Below are positions 32,323 through 44,025 of a stretch of 64,000 nucleotides of DNA, piece after piece. The position numbers and the translations under genes are program-made. The DNA is from Adineta vaga (taxonomy: Eukaryota > Animalia > Rotifera). The stretch covers positions 9,820,585 through 9,884,584 of the forward strand of contig CP075497.1 in assembly GCA_021613535.1 (NCBI GenBank), written 5' to 3'. Every line of letters begins with the position of its first letter. The first letter of the stretch is position 1. Under the pieces are notes generated by a model. The model was not told the DNA's origin, made no database searches, and was given only the letters and a program-made list of their open reading frames with translations.

Positions 32323-32803
32323 ATGTCAGCCAAAAGAGGTCGTGGTGGTGTCGGAGGTGGTAAATTTCGTATTTCACTTGGTTTACCCGTCGGTGCCGTT
32401 ATTAATTGTGCTGATAATACTGGCGCAAAGAACTTATTTGTCATTTCTGTCAAAGGTTTCGGCTCACGACTCAATCGATTACCAGCTGCTTGTGTTGGCG
32501 ATATGATCATCTGTAAGAACGACGATTTTTTTTTTGGATAATCATTTGTTTATTTATTTTTATTTAGCAACAATAAAGAAGGGCAAACCAGATTTACGTA
32601 AAAAAGTTATGCCTGCCGTAGTTATTCGACAACGTAAACCGTTTCGCCGAAAAGATGGCACATTTATCTATTTTGAAGATAATGCTGGTGTTATCGTCAA
32701 TAACAAAGGTGAATTGAAAGGTTCAGCAATCACTGGACCAGTGGCCAAAGAATGTGCTGATTTATGGCCACGTATCGCTGCCAATGCTCAATCTGTGGCT
32801 TAA
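32323..32803 (+). CDS. RPL23: 60S ribosomal protein L23 (uL14). Two exons, 32323..32512 and 32568..32803.
   Basis: The product [63 protein letters not shown] ... [77 protein letters not shown] is near-identical to eukaryotic RPL23. The 55-bp intron runs gtaaga..tttag. Confidence 0.95.
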
Positions 32804-32964
32804 TAAAGAAAAAGAAAAATTTTCTGTCTGTTTTTATTTTCCAACTTACGAACAGAAAAAAAAAGAAAGAAATAATGCACATTTTTGTTTTGTTATTTTG
32901 ATTAAATAAGATCATATCAAAATATAGCATTCAGTTTTTGTTTATCGATAGAAAAAGAATTGTT

Positions 32965-33645
32965 TTATTCTGTTCCAGTATCGTACCTAAGAAATGCTCG
33001 AGAAAGTGCAGCAAGAACGGAGAGAGCCGCATAGGGATCATCAATGGTATGTTTAAGTTCATCGAATTCTTTGAGAAGAAACTTTTTTCGTTTATTAATT
33101 TTCATTTGATTTTGTTGCTCATCGGTGATTTGTTGATTACGCTGTGATTGAAAAATGTTTTCTTCCAACATATCTGATTTAGATAATGGAAGATTTCTTG
33201 CTGATTGACTTGTTGTTACAGGACGAGCTTGAGATAATGATGAGCGTCGTATAAATTGATTTGAATGTCTTCTTTGAGCGATTTTTGATGTTGATGTTGA
33301 ACATAATAAACGTTTTTCTGTTTCCGATGAAAAATTCAATAAACGAAAATGGTTATGTACACGTGCAAGACAATTCGGTGTTAGTAATGATGGTTCCTCA
33401 TCTACATCTACATCATCATCATCATCATCATCATCATCTGCAGTCGAATGAGATTCACTTTGTTCAAGATGCTTTTTAAGATGATTGATTTTACGATCAA
33501 ATAATTGTTCTTGATGTTTATAAGAATGTAAAGTTGATAAATACATTTGTTTACGATGATTTTCGTCAATATCATGCTGAATTTTTAAACGTCTATGGGT
33601 ACATCGACTGATTCTTACAGTTGTTTTACTGATTCCGTCTTGCAT
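32965..33645 (-). CDS. Hypothetical acidic protein. Single long ORF of 226 aa with a poly-Asp tract.
   Basis: An uninterrupted minus-strand ORF reads MQDGISKTTVRISRCTHRRLKIQHD...DDDDDDDDDVDVDEE...DDPYAALSVLAALSRAFL. I recognise no family. A possible gtacga donor at its 3' end could add an exon. Confidence 0.35.
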   Translation of the reverse strand: MQDGISKTTVRISRCTHRRLKIQHDIDENHRKQMYLSTLHSYKHQEQLFDRKINHLKKHLEQSESHSTADDDDDDDDDVDVDEEPSLLTPNCLARVHNHFRLLNFSSETEKRLLCSTSTSKIAQRRHSNQFIRRSSLSQARPVTTSQSARNLPLSKSDMLEENIFQSQRNQQITDEQQNQMKINKRKKFLLKEFDELKHTIDDPYAALSVLAALSRAFLRYDTGTE

Positions 33646-33867
33646 TTGTATCGATTTGTTAATTTAAATTTATGAACATATAGACCTGTATATATATATA
33701 TGATCAAGTGCTTTTATTTTGATTTCCTTTTCTCGCTAACTTACCTTTTTTTTTCAAGATAAGAAAAAACGGATACACTTTCGAACGATTGTTACCAAGT
33801 CACTGATCGATAAGAACTTGAAAGAAAATTGTTTATTTTTCTTTTCTAGATTTTGATTAATTGCGTC

Positions 33868-35098
33868 CATGCTTGATACTCTAGTCACCGACGAAAAGAT
33901 AACAGTTGTTATTCATATCGGACAAGCCTATACAAAGTGCGTCAATTGAAAAGGAACATATACATATATCGCAAGTAAAATACTGTATATATTGATTTAG
34001 ATATGGTTTTTCTGGTAATGATTCACCGCATCATATTATAACAACTAGTATTATTATTGATAGTAAGCTACATATCGAATCGATTTGATATGTTATTAGA
34101 AAGTATGGATCTTTTTTCTCTGTCATGTTTAGATACTTTTATAGATATCATCTGTCACATTTTTATTATCACATTTAGGTGCAACGTATACCTTAGGTCA
34201 AAATACAGCACTTGTTCTTGATATGGGTTACAAAAAAGCTCAGGTTATGCTTATTGTTGAAAGTATACCATTGGAAATAGAATTCAACAGTTTATCCTAT
34301 ACATACAGGTCAAGCAATTCATCAGTAAGAGAATAAATAGGTGTTAATTAGCTTATGACAGATCACTGCTGTAGCAAGAAAAAACAATGCCGATGAATGC
34401 TATATTATAAACAATCTCTTTTCATCTTTAACAAAGTTTACTTTTTGTTTGTTATGATTCATCACGAACAGATATAGTATGACTCATTCTAGCGAGAACA
34501 TACGCATCACATAAGATTGTGTGATATTCGCACTCACGATTTTGTTGTTTTTCATACCCTTGTGATAGAAAAATAGCAAATTTATTCACATCTGGAATGT
34601 CACAAAAGCTGATACGTATGACTTAAATTTAGACAAATTCAATTGTTACTTGAACAACATGCTTCTATCCGTTATCATGGAAAGAAAAAAGCATACAATG
34701 AAATGCATTTAAAATTATCAGAAGATATCAAAGGTCTGTTTAATTGAGTGTATTTCAAAAAAAAGATTAATATCAATTTTTTTCAGTTCGTTGTTGTTTT
34801 GTTTCTCCATTTTCACAAGCACTAATTTATGCAAAAAAGATATCAACTTCGAATCAATCGAGCGATGAATTCACACAAGCTTCATCAGTTGACTATCTAT
34901 CGTAACGTTGATAGTCGATACTTTACTTCGAGTACGTCTAATTTATAGTATCGACTTATGCCAATAAATAGGCAAAAAAACAATTCTATTTTCATGTTTC
35001 TCCTGCTCATTTGCTTTATACAGCATGATTAGAAGGTAAATCTATACATTTATTCTTTTGTTAATTAGGCTCGATTTTTGGTGCAATAGATACATTGG
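33868..35098 (+). CDS. ACTR10: Actin-related protein 10 (Arp11/ACTR10, dynactin subunit) like. Multi-exon; the middle exons are not fully resolved. Possibly reduced or degenerate.
   Basis: Exon 1 MLDTLVTDEKITVVIHIGQAYTK and exon 2 YGFSGNDSPHHIITTSIIID align with the ACTR10 N-terminus [30 protein letters not shown]. Exon 3 ATYTLGQNTALVLDMGYKKAQVMLIVESIPL aligns with [30 protein letters not shown]. A terminal exon GSIFGAIDTLESQSLT* aligns with WLGGAIFGALQDILGS. The roughly 100 aa expected between exons 2 and 3 have no room in the sequence. Confidence 0.45.
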
Positions 35099-35512
35099 AG
35101 AGTCAATCATTAACATGAGAGAAATATTTAGAAAATGGAATTCTACCGGATTGGTTTACATGCAAATAGGTCACTTGATTGTTTACTAATTTAAATTTTT
35201 AATAATGAATGAATATTACAATTTGATTTTCTATTACTTGCTTGTCTTTGTATAAAATATAGGTATGTTTGAAGCAGGAAAAAAGTGTGAGTACAATGTT
35301 TTAGACAAAAACTATGTCAATACTATAGACATTTTATGCTTCGTTGGATTTTGACCTCATGTAGGCGAGATAGAAAGAAACATACAACTCTTTCGTTCTA
35401 TCATTTATGAATATTGTTTAAAAAATGAACAATAATAGAGCAGAAAAGAAGGGATTGTTAGTTATTTATAACCGATGATTATGATCAATATTATTGTTTC
35501 ATTTTATTCTAG

Positions 35513-36512
35513 ATGTTAGAATATATTTTGAACGATCGACTCTTTGTCAGTTATACATGTCCATATGTATGGTTTATTAGTGCTGGCTTCGTATTTTTCT
35601 TAGAAATAGTTCTCGACATCAAAGTACCCTATGGACGTTACAATACTACTAATGGTGGAGTTCCAGTTAAATTAGCTTGGTTTATTCAAGAACTTCCATG
35701 TTTTGTTATACCATGTTATCTTCTCTATACAAATTGGTCATCCGTATCGATAACAAATTTTATCATACTTAGTCTTTTTCTCATACATTATTTTCAACGG
35801 TATGTAGAATAAAAGAAAAGTTTAGATTAAAACTTACAAGCATGTTGATAGAATATGGATAATATCGGAATTTATTTCAAACACATCTTTTTACTTCTTT
35901 TTTTTAGTGTCTTCATTTATCCGATGTTAATTCGTGGTGGAAAGCATAGTTCATATTTGACAACAATATTAGCATTTATTTTTTGTTCTATAAATTCATA
36001 TACGATTGCTGAAGAACTCTTAGTTTATCATACATATCCAAAGAATTATTTATTTTCATTACGATTTCTATTTGGTTCAATTCTCTTCTTTACTGGTTTT
36101 ATTCTAAATCTTCAATCTGATTCAATCTTACGAAATCTTCGTAAAGATAATAATGAACGAGATTATAAAATTCCTCGAGGTAATTGTCAAATACGAAAAA
36201 AGAAGAAAATATTTTTTCTCATTTCTATTCATTAGGTGGTCTATTTGAATATGTTTCCGGTGCAAATTTCTTAGCTGAATCAATTGAATGGACAGGTTTT
36301 GCTATATGTGCATGGACATTACCTGCACTTGCATTTGCAGTATTTACATGGATTAATACAGCATTTGGCCGTGCGATTCATCATCATCAGTATGTGATGA
36401 ATAGAAAAAAGAAAAATTGTTCAATAATTTGTTCTTATTTAGATTCTATCTTGACAAATTCAAAGATGAATATCCAAAGAATCGAAAAGCGATTATTCCA
36501 TTTATTTTGTAG
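35513..36512 (+). CDS. SRD5A: 3-oxo-5-alpha-steroid 4-dehydrogenase (steroid 5-alpha-reductase, SRD5A1/2-like). Four exons.
   Basis: The exons encode PYGRYNTTNGGVPVKLAWFIQELPCFVIPCYLL, then FIYPMLIRGGKHS...ILNLQSDSILRNLRKDNNERDYKIPRG. Next come GLFEYVSGANFLAESIEWTGFAICAWTLPALAFAVFTWINTAFGRAIHHHQ and FYLDKFKDEYPKNRKAIIPFIL*. This matches SRD5A motif by motif (LRKPGDTGYKIPRGGLFEYV, HHEWYLRKFEEYPKFRKIIIPF). Confidence 0.85.
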
Positions 36513-36620
36513 TTGCTATAATAACGATAATAATTCTATTTTTTTTTCATATTAAAAAACATATTTTCTGTTTGAAATAAATAATCTAGCTCGATTTTAT
36601 GATTGATCATACATTTTTAG

Positions 36621-37031
36621 ATGCCTCCTGGTCGAAAACGAACAAGTACAAGTAGTAAATCTTCTTCGTCAACTAATGGACAACAGTCTCCTAAACAATC
36701 AACATACGGTATAACTATCGATAAGTTCATTTGATTTTATTCTCTATGAGATTTATTTTAGAATGTGGAAGTATAGTTTGGTGTAAATATAAAAAATATC
36801 CATATTGGCCCGGTATAATATGGGAAAAAACACATAAACCAACTCGAACTCGCTATGAAGTACTTTTTTTTGGAACATTTAGTCTTGGCGTGTAAGTATT
36901 CGAATTCTTCATGATATAATTAGTTAAAAAGTCTTTTCTATAGATCGATTGATCGTAAATGGTTAGAACCCTACGAAGGTGTAGCTGAATTTAAGAAGCG
37001 TATTACTGAATTAAAAGCTACTGAAGTATAA
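36621..37031 (+). CDS. Small PWWP-domain protein. Three exons.
   Basis: The product is MPPGRKRTSTSSKSSSSTNGQQSPKQSTY, then ECGSIVWCKYKKYPYWPGIIWEKTHKPTRTRYEVLFFGTFSLGV, then SIDRKWLEPYEGVAEFKKRITELKATEV*. The VWxK..YPYWPG core is the PWWP signature. An AG acceptor lies immediately upstream of the ATG. Confidence 0.55.
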
Positions 37032-37116
37032 TAATAATTTCGTTTTTATATGAAATATAAATTTGAAAAAATTGATTTATTAGACATTAGTTAAAAATAA
37101 ATCAAGTCAATATGAT

Positions 37117-38009
37117 ATGAATATAACATTAGCTAATTTAGAATCATTTCAAGAAGCAGTTAAACAAGCAACAAAAGTTCTCAAATGTTCCAGTTCTTCT
37201 GAGAGATTGAAACTAGCTGATAATATGCGTAAAGGTGTAACATGTGATTTTTTTCAATTAGAACTTGAAGATGATGATGATGATGACGATGATGACATGG
37301 ATGACGAAGATGATGAAGAAGAAATAAGTTCAGTTATGACTGACGAAAATAGTAATTTCGTTTGTCTTATCAAAATATGAAGAAATTATTTCTATTTGTT
37401 TTAGCGTCACTTCTTCCAACACCACCAATACAAAATGATCAAGAATTTATTCAAACAATGATTACACAAGGAAAAAGAAAACGAAAATCAGATGTTGATA
37501 ATAATCCATCAAGTGTAAAAATACGTCGAATTACTATTAAAAGTGAACCCGAACAGGTTATATTCAATTCAAACATTGTTGATTTTGATTGAAAATATTT
37601 CCTTTCTTTTCTCTAGCCATCCAATAATCCACCACCATCGATTCTATTTCGACATTCGAATGAACAACCAATTGTAATGTGTTCAAATTTTGTTTGTCAT
37701 AGTTTATCACCAACAGAAGAAACTTTTATAATAGATGCAATAGCACGTTCTGGTCCGAATTGTACATTTTTTGAAGCGAAACAAATCGCTGAAGAAATGT
37801 ATTCAAATATCATTTGTGTGAATAATTCTAATCGTCAGTTACCTGTTAGTGAAATATGGTTCTATTTATTTTTCTATTTGCATTGTGAAAAATTATTTTC
37901 CACACATCGTCATTGGCTTCATGATCTTGAAAATGCCAAAAACAATACTAGTTATCTATACGAACAACAACAACAAATAATTCGTCTAATGAAAACTTAT
38001 CTTCATTAG
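37117..38009 (+). CDS. Hypothetical acidic nuclear protein. 3-4 exons.
   Basis: Exon 1 MNITLANLESFQEAVKQATKVLKCSSSSERLKLADNMRKGVTCDFFQLELEDDDDDDDDDMDDEDDEEE ends at a gtaatt donor. A 49-bp intron leads to SLLPTPPIQNDQEFIQTMITQGKRKRKSDVDNNPSSVKIRRITIKSEPEQ. A further exon reads PSNNPPPSILFRHSNEQPIVMCSNFVCHSLSPTEETFIIDAIARSGPNCTFFEAKQIAEEMYSNIICVNNSNRQLPV. Family not recognised. Confidence 0.4.
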
Positions 38010-38233
38010 AAGTATATATCTAGTTTTCTTTTTTTCCATTTTTTTTTGTTATCTTTCTTGTGTGTATATATAAATAGATAAATGCGTTGTATATTAGAAA
38101 CTATTTTGTATGATCTGAACAATAAACAAAACTACGAATAGATTAATTCATTGAATAAATTCTTAGGTCTTTATATATGCGTACAATTATTGTTGTTTCT
38201 GTTTTGGTTATTTATATATGTTCAGTTTAAGAT

Positions 38234-39836
38234 ATGATGACGAATAATAATAATATAGAAGATCAACGATGGAAATTATTAGATAAAGAACGATTTCAAA
38301 CATTTTTTGATTCCGATGGTCGTTTGGTGAAAGAACATGAATTTAGAAAAGCTGTTTTCAAAGGTGAGAGGTAGGTCTGAATATTAAATAAATTAATAAT
38401 CAGCATATATGTGAATAATAAAGATTAGCTTTTGTAGAAATATGTATGAGTTACAAGTCATCTTAATTTTTTACCCATTTTGAATACTAGTAATGATTCA
38501 TTTTTAATTATTTAGGCGGTATCAATAGTAATCTTCGGCCGCAAGCATGGAAATATCTTTTTGGTTTCTATCCACCACTTCTTTCTAAAACGTAAGATCA
38601 ACATTTTTGTTCAATTCGTTTTTCATGATTGTTTGTTTTCTCTTCATATTAGAGAACAAGAAACTATTGATGTTGAACGTAAATTATGTTATGATTTTAT
38701 GTGTGAACGATGTGAAAAAGAAATGCCAGAAGAACGTAAATTTGTACATTGACTACTTTTTCATCTTTAATTTTAATGTTACTTTAGTCCGTTCACAATT
38801 ATCGCATCTATCCGCAAATAAAGTTAAAGAACCTCTTAGTCCAAATGAAATATTCTTTTCTATTCAACAACGTATCGAAGCTTATAAACCTAAACTAAAT
38901 TGGAATGAAATGGATCGTCATGTTCGACTTATTGCTAAAGATTTACACCGAACTGATTTTATATCATCGGAAAAACGACCAGATAATTATAATTACGGTC
39001 CATTAACACGTTTACTTGTTGCATTTGCTTCTTATCATCCGAATATCGGTTATTCCCAAGGTATTCTTGTTCTAAATTATACAAAAGACGTGTTTAATAT
39101 TTTATATTTGTTAGGTATGAATGATATGGCTCATTGTTTTCTACATGTATTTTCTTTCAATGAACATGAAGCTTATTTCTGCTTTGCTTATTATATCACA
39201 CAATCGGGCGAACATTTTACAGAAAAAGGTATCGCACATAAAATAAAACAATTGCCGAAACTAGTGGAAATTGTTGATCAATTATTATATGATCGAATAT
39301 TATCACTCAATGTTGAATTATGGACATTTTGTCATCGTATGTACTAATGTTATTGCTCATGATTTAATAATGATTTTTTGATAGGATGGTTATTTTTATG
39401 TTTTCGTCGTGAATTTGCTGAAGAAGAAGATACATTGATATGTTTCGAAGTAGTTTGTAGTCATTTTCTTGAAGAAAATTCATTAGCTGCAGAACGTCTT
39501 CTTCATGATATACAATTGAGACGAGCAGAACAAAAAGGTATCAGTAGTTATTCATCATCAATATCAATGGAAGGACATTCCAAATCGAATGAAGAACTTG
39601 GATGTTCATTCGACTTATTCGTTTGTATTGCAATGATATCATTATTTCGTTCATGTTTATTCGATGCTAATGATGAACTTGAAGCTTTGGAAGCCATTCA
39701 ACAACGTCAAAAAACACTCGATGTTCGACAAGTTTTATCATTAGCAGAACAACTTTTTAAAATATATTGCCTACAAATGACATCAATGACAGCTCCATCC
39801 ACAATTGAAACATCATCTTATGAAATCATTGATTAA
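38234..39836 (+). CDS. TBC-domain Rab GTPase-activating protein, TBC1D15/16/GYP7-like. About 6 exons.
   Basis: The first exons give RWKLLDKERFQTFFDSDGRLVKEHEFRKAVFKG and GGINSNLRPQAWKYLFGFYPP, which carries the TBC Arg-finger context. Later exons give IAKDLHRTDF...YGPLTRLLVAFASYHPNIGYSQG (the YxQ motif), MNDMAHCFLHVF and WLFLCFRREFAEEEDTLICFEVVCSHFL. The stop is at 39834-39836. Confidence 0.8.
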
Positions 39837-40030
39837 TCATCTAAATGTGATCAAATTTGATTTATTTATTTATATATTTCTTTTTGTTCAAAATGATAAT
39901 ATATACATCTATCCATTTCAATAATCATCTTCTAAATATGACTATACAGGGATAGTGCTTATTCATGATAGATTAGATAAAAACTTTGTCCTTTTCGTAT
40001 GAAAATTATTTTATTAGAAACAAATAACAT

Positions 40031-40758
40031 CTAAGAAACAGCAACATCTGTTTCATTGGAATTGTTTTCAAGTAATTCAGTAACTAAAACTTCATTATGT
40101 CGATTGATTAGTTTCATGGGCATATCATAAGTTGCTGAAATCACTTCTTCACGATTAATTGGGAATGTTTTACACAGTTCTAATATATTTTTACTTTCAC
40201 GTTTCCAATCTGCTTCTTTGGCAAAACCACCAAAACGTTTGGCATAAAAAATTTGTTCGACTTGTTGATAGATATAAACACCCTCAACAGTTGGTATTGG
40301 TGGTGAATTTTTATGATTATCTTTATCAAGTATTAACAATAATGTAAATCGATTTTCTTGATTATTTGTCAATGATGGACGAACTATTACCATAATTGGA
40401 AGACACATTTTTAATGTTTTACCTTTTGGGGAAAAAAGCCATTTCTATTTATTTAAATTCAAAAACTACGATAGTTTACCATCGACATTTCCACCTTGAG
40501 TATACTTAACCAATTTCCATAGATTTGACATAACAGGTTCATCACCTACAGTAGCAGTAAATGTATACGCAGCACATGTGAATGGATCATATCGACGTTT
40601 TTCATAAGTCTAATCATTTGATGAGAAGATTTCATTCAAAAAATTATTTGTGAAATGACATACAATACCTTATTACTTTCGATAATATCATATTTCGGCC
40701 ATTCTGGATCCGCAGTTACATTTGAATAGGCTGATGCAGCTGTTCGTAACCAATTCAT
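40031..40758 (-). CDS. HEBP: SOUL/HEBP heme-binding protein. Three exons.
   Basis: The N-terminal exon MNWLRTAASAYSNVTADPEWPKYDIIESNK is followed by TYEKRRYDPFTCAAYTFTATVGDEPVMSNLWKLVKYTQGGNVDG. The last exon reads KTLKMCLPIMVIVRPS...IYQQVEQIFYAKRFGGFAKEADWKRES...YDMPMKLINRHNEVLVTEL. This matches HEBP1/2 (FGGYAKEADY; YDPPMKPYGRRNEVW). Confidence 0.8.
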
Positions 40759-42099
40759 TTTTTATTTTTCTTTTTCTTTTTTTCTCGTTTGTGTTTATAT
40801 CATCGAGCAAAGACATGATTATATAATCATAGATAAGAAATGTATTTGTTTTTCGATATACAATGATGATAAATTCTAAAAACACGCGTTTACTTTAGCT
40901 ACCTTTTATAAACATTTAAACGTGATTCATTCATACGAATAACTTTTGTTCCATGTAATACAAAAGATATGTTACGAGAACAACATGAAGAAATTTAATT
41001 ACAAATGCTTATGCAATATATGATAGAAAGAACAAAGAAAAATTGTACAGATATACACGTGCATATCGTTTTTGCTTTTGTTTCATTTTTCATAGTAATG
41101 CTGTCGAATGTAAGAAAGAAATTTGAGAGTGTGGGTGAATTCAAGGTAAAGAGAATACCCAAACATGAACAGCTTGGAACATACACACACATATCCTTAT
41201 TTTTTAAGATGTGGATGAATTTACAATCAAATCTTTACGCTCATTTCCATCAAGTTTCAACGAAAAACGATTTTTAACAAATTTTTTCCGAGAATAAAAT
41301 TTGTTACTTTTACCTACAGTCTTACTCCTTGTCTACAAAAAGATTCAGTGACGTGAGAACATTTTCGTGCGGAAGAAAAGAAAAATAATCTTAATAGCCA
41401 CAAAAAACAAACAAATGCATAAGAAGAGAAGTAATGTTTTGATGAAAAACAACGTCGATGCGATATTTGTTATTTATTTGTGAAACAAATGGAACATATC
41501 AACCGACTAATAGAAATGGCTGAAAGGAGAATTGTTGAGAAAATAAACAGTAGACGAATGCGAGAATCTATTTAATGCTCGTTTCGTTTCTTTAGCATGC
41601 ACAAATAGCGAGTTTTTTTCGTCTAGATGCGAACATAAGTGAAATATATTCGAAACTAGCGCGATCACCATTCAACTTGAAAATATGATCAATCGATGAC
41701 AAATTTTACGGATCATTTAAGAATAATTTCGATCTTCTCTAGATCAATCAAACTACTACAAGACTTGAAGCAAGCACGTAAATATAAACTCTGATCTTTT
41801 TATGAGGAAGCTTTCGAAATAAACTAGCTTAGAATGATGTTTCATGAATTTAGCACGCAGTTTTTCGAAATTTATGCGATCTACCACCATATCGTAGTAT
41901 ATGAAAACGGGATAGCTGTTGTATAATTACTTTTACTAAATGGACTGATTCTTTCATGAATAGTGAAGAATATTTACAGGCTATATTGATAAGGAAAATG
42001 TTTTTTAATAACATAACTAGCGAAAGTATCCGATGGTGGTCCAAAACCTTCCAGACTGAAAACGATAGAGGATGCAGAGAGGTTTGTACTTGAAATTTT

Positions 42100-42860
42100 T
42101 CATCCATCACCACAACATATTCCTCCACACATATCTAAGATAGAACAACTTATACTGCGTAGCATTGTAAACCCACCCGTTTTCTAAAAGTTCCTGCTGC
42201 GAAGCCTATCCTTCTTCTAACCAATCTCGTTCTAACTCTGTCTCTACTTCAGTTCGGACCTAAAAATCTTAAATGCCGGATTAAAGATTCATCTGTCGCG
42301 AATACATACACGTCTATAATAAAGCACGATAGTAGAACAGATATTGTGTGGGATGAGTATCTTTCTTCTGAGTCGCCCTCACTTTCGTGTTACACAACCA
42401 GACCAGTGCGAAAACGTAGTAAGAGATGGATACTCTAAAAGATCGATCTAATCAGTTAGTTGAAATTAGATTAAATTTCAACCACCTTCCCTCTTACTCT
42501 TTCGAAACTTTTCTCTGTACATACGGAAGTATCATGGACAGTTTGGCATCCATACCTATGACGTAATCACCTGGGTGAACTCCCCCCTCCTACCCCAGAC
42601 ATAACCTCCTAACCTTCCTCCCTCGTCAATATCGTCAATCCTCTCTCAACCTTCCATCGAACTTAGAGTATTGCCAGAAGAAGTTTGATAACATTAACTA
42701 CCACAGGACTATCTGGATGAAATTTCACCCACGCTCCCTCCCTCTTCCGATGACCATACCAACTCTCTGTCGACCTTACCTGCGATTTAAGCTACCAGCG
42801 TGAAAATGTTCGTGACGCTAGCTATAACAGGGACTGAATGCATAACGAACAGACCGACAA
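42100..42860. other. A roughly 0.8-kb strand-asymmetric C/T-rich tract, with higher GC and no ORFs, immediately upstream of the intronless ART gene. Possibly a transposon remnant, a lncRNA, or foreign DNA.
   Basis: Runs such as cccacccg, cccccctcctacccc, cctcc and ccctccctcttcc occur on the plus strand only, with local GC about 45% against roughly 30% in flanking DNA. The tract ends in an (AT)n(GATA)n microsatellite at 42875-42900. Confidence 0.4.
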
Positions 42861-43248
42861 ACATTCTTCTTCATATATATATATATATTGATAGATAGAT
42901 AGAACATAGTTGCCACAAAATGAAGAACTGAGAAATTTTACACATTAGGAAATAACGATGTTCATGATTCCGCGAACGAGCTATTAGTGTATCTCGATTG
43001 CCGATATTTTCAAGTTAAACGGTTGTTTGAATGAATTCATGCATATATTACTAATAATTCATTTTATTGATAAAATACATGTGATAGGAGTTTCAGTTTT
43101 GTGAAGAATAAAGTATTGTCTTCTTATGAACTCCGTGTTTTGTAGATAATAATCACTTCTGTATTAATAGTGAAAATTAGAACAGTTAGTAATTACCGAT
43201 TCCACGCATTCCTTTACAACACGCTCGTATTTCGACTATTATACATAA

Positions 43249-44025
43249 ATGGCTACTGCATCAGATTCAACTACTCATACCAAAAGTCGCTTTCTGGATG
43301 CTAACAAAGAAGACTTGAAAGAACTGATGCCGTTAAAAAGTTTTGATGATGTTCCTCTTCTCCCATTGGGAGAATCTGTTGAGAAGTTGGACAAGTTGCA
43401 TAAGGATCTTAAGCTTATGATAGATGTTGCTCTTAAGAGATCTAAAGATCCAGCTGACAATCTTAATGAAGACCAGTCAGCCGCTATCTGTCTTTATACA
43501 ATGGAAGGTAATTCACCGGGCTGTAATCTTTACTCACTACTGAATGCGACGCTTCGCAATCCAGATCGAACACAACTCGAATCTTGGTATCCATACTTAA
43601 AACTGATACTAACGGCTCTATATACCTTACCATCGATCAGTACGACAGTTTGGCGAGGAGTACGTAAAGATCTATCCCATAGATATAAACGTGGTGAAGA
43701 TATTACGTGGTGGGCATTTAGTTCGTGCACAACTTTGATTGATGTTTTAGAAGATGAAAAGTTCTTGGGCACATCAGGAGAACGTACACTGTTTGCAATT
43801 GAATGTTGTAGTGGAAAAGAGATTAAACGTCATTCCTATTACTCTTTCGAAAAAGAAGTCTTACTCCTTCCAACTACACATTTGAAAGTACTCGGTCAGT
43901 TCAAATGTCAAAATGATATGTATATTATTCATTTACGTGAAATACCAACACAACCACTTCTCATAAGAAACATATTATGTGAACAACCGAGAAAGCCAAC
44001 TCCCTCTCTACTGCCCATAAGGTAA
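43249..44025 (+). CDS. Mono-ADP-ribosyltransferase of the R-S-EXE (ARTC, C3/cholera-toxin-like) clade. Intronless, 258 aa, no signal peptide.
   Basis: The ORF carries the ordered ART motifs. They are AICLYTMEG..NLYSLLNATLR (YxxxN..LR), TVWRGV (catalytic Arg), WAFSSCTT (STS-type motif) and YSFEKEVLLLP (EXE in the EEEVLIP context). An in-frame TAA sits one codon upstream of the ATG. Coding GC is about 40% against roughly 30% locally. Confidence 0.8.
   Translation: MATASDSTTHTKSRFLDANKEDLKELMPLKSFDDVPLLPLGESVEKLDKLHKDLKLMIDVALKRSKDPADNLNEDQSAAICLYTMEGNSPGCNLYSLLNATLRNPDRTQLESWYPYLKLILTALYTLPSISTTVWRGVRKDLSHRYKRGEDITWWAFSSCTTLIDVLEDEKFLGTSGERTLFAIECCSGKEIKRHSYYSFEKEVLLLPTTHLKVLGQFKCQNDMYIIHLREIPTQPLLIRNILCEQPRKPTPSLLPIR

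Noticed and set aside
37112-37116. An ATG at 37112, 5 nt upstream of the chosen start of the acidic protein gene.
   Set aside because: It is followed immediately by an in-frame TGA (atg ata tga), so the downstream ATG at 37117 was taken as the start.
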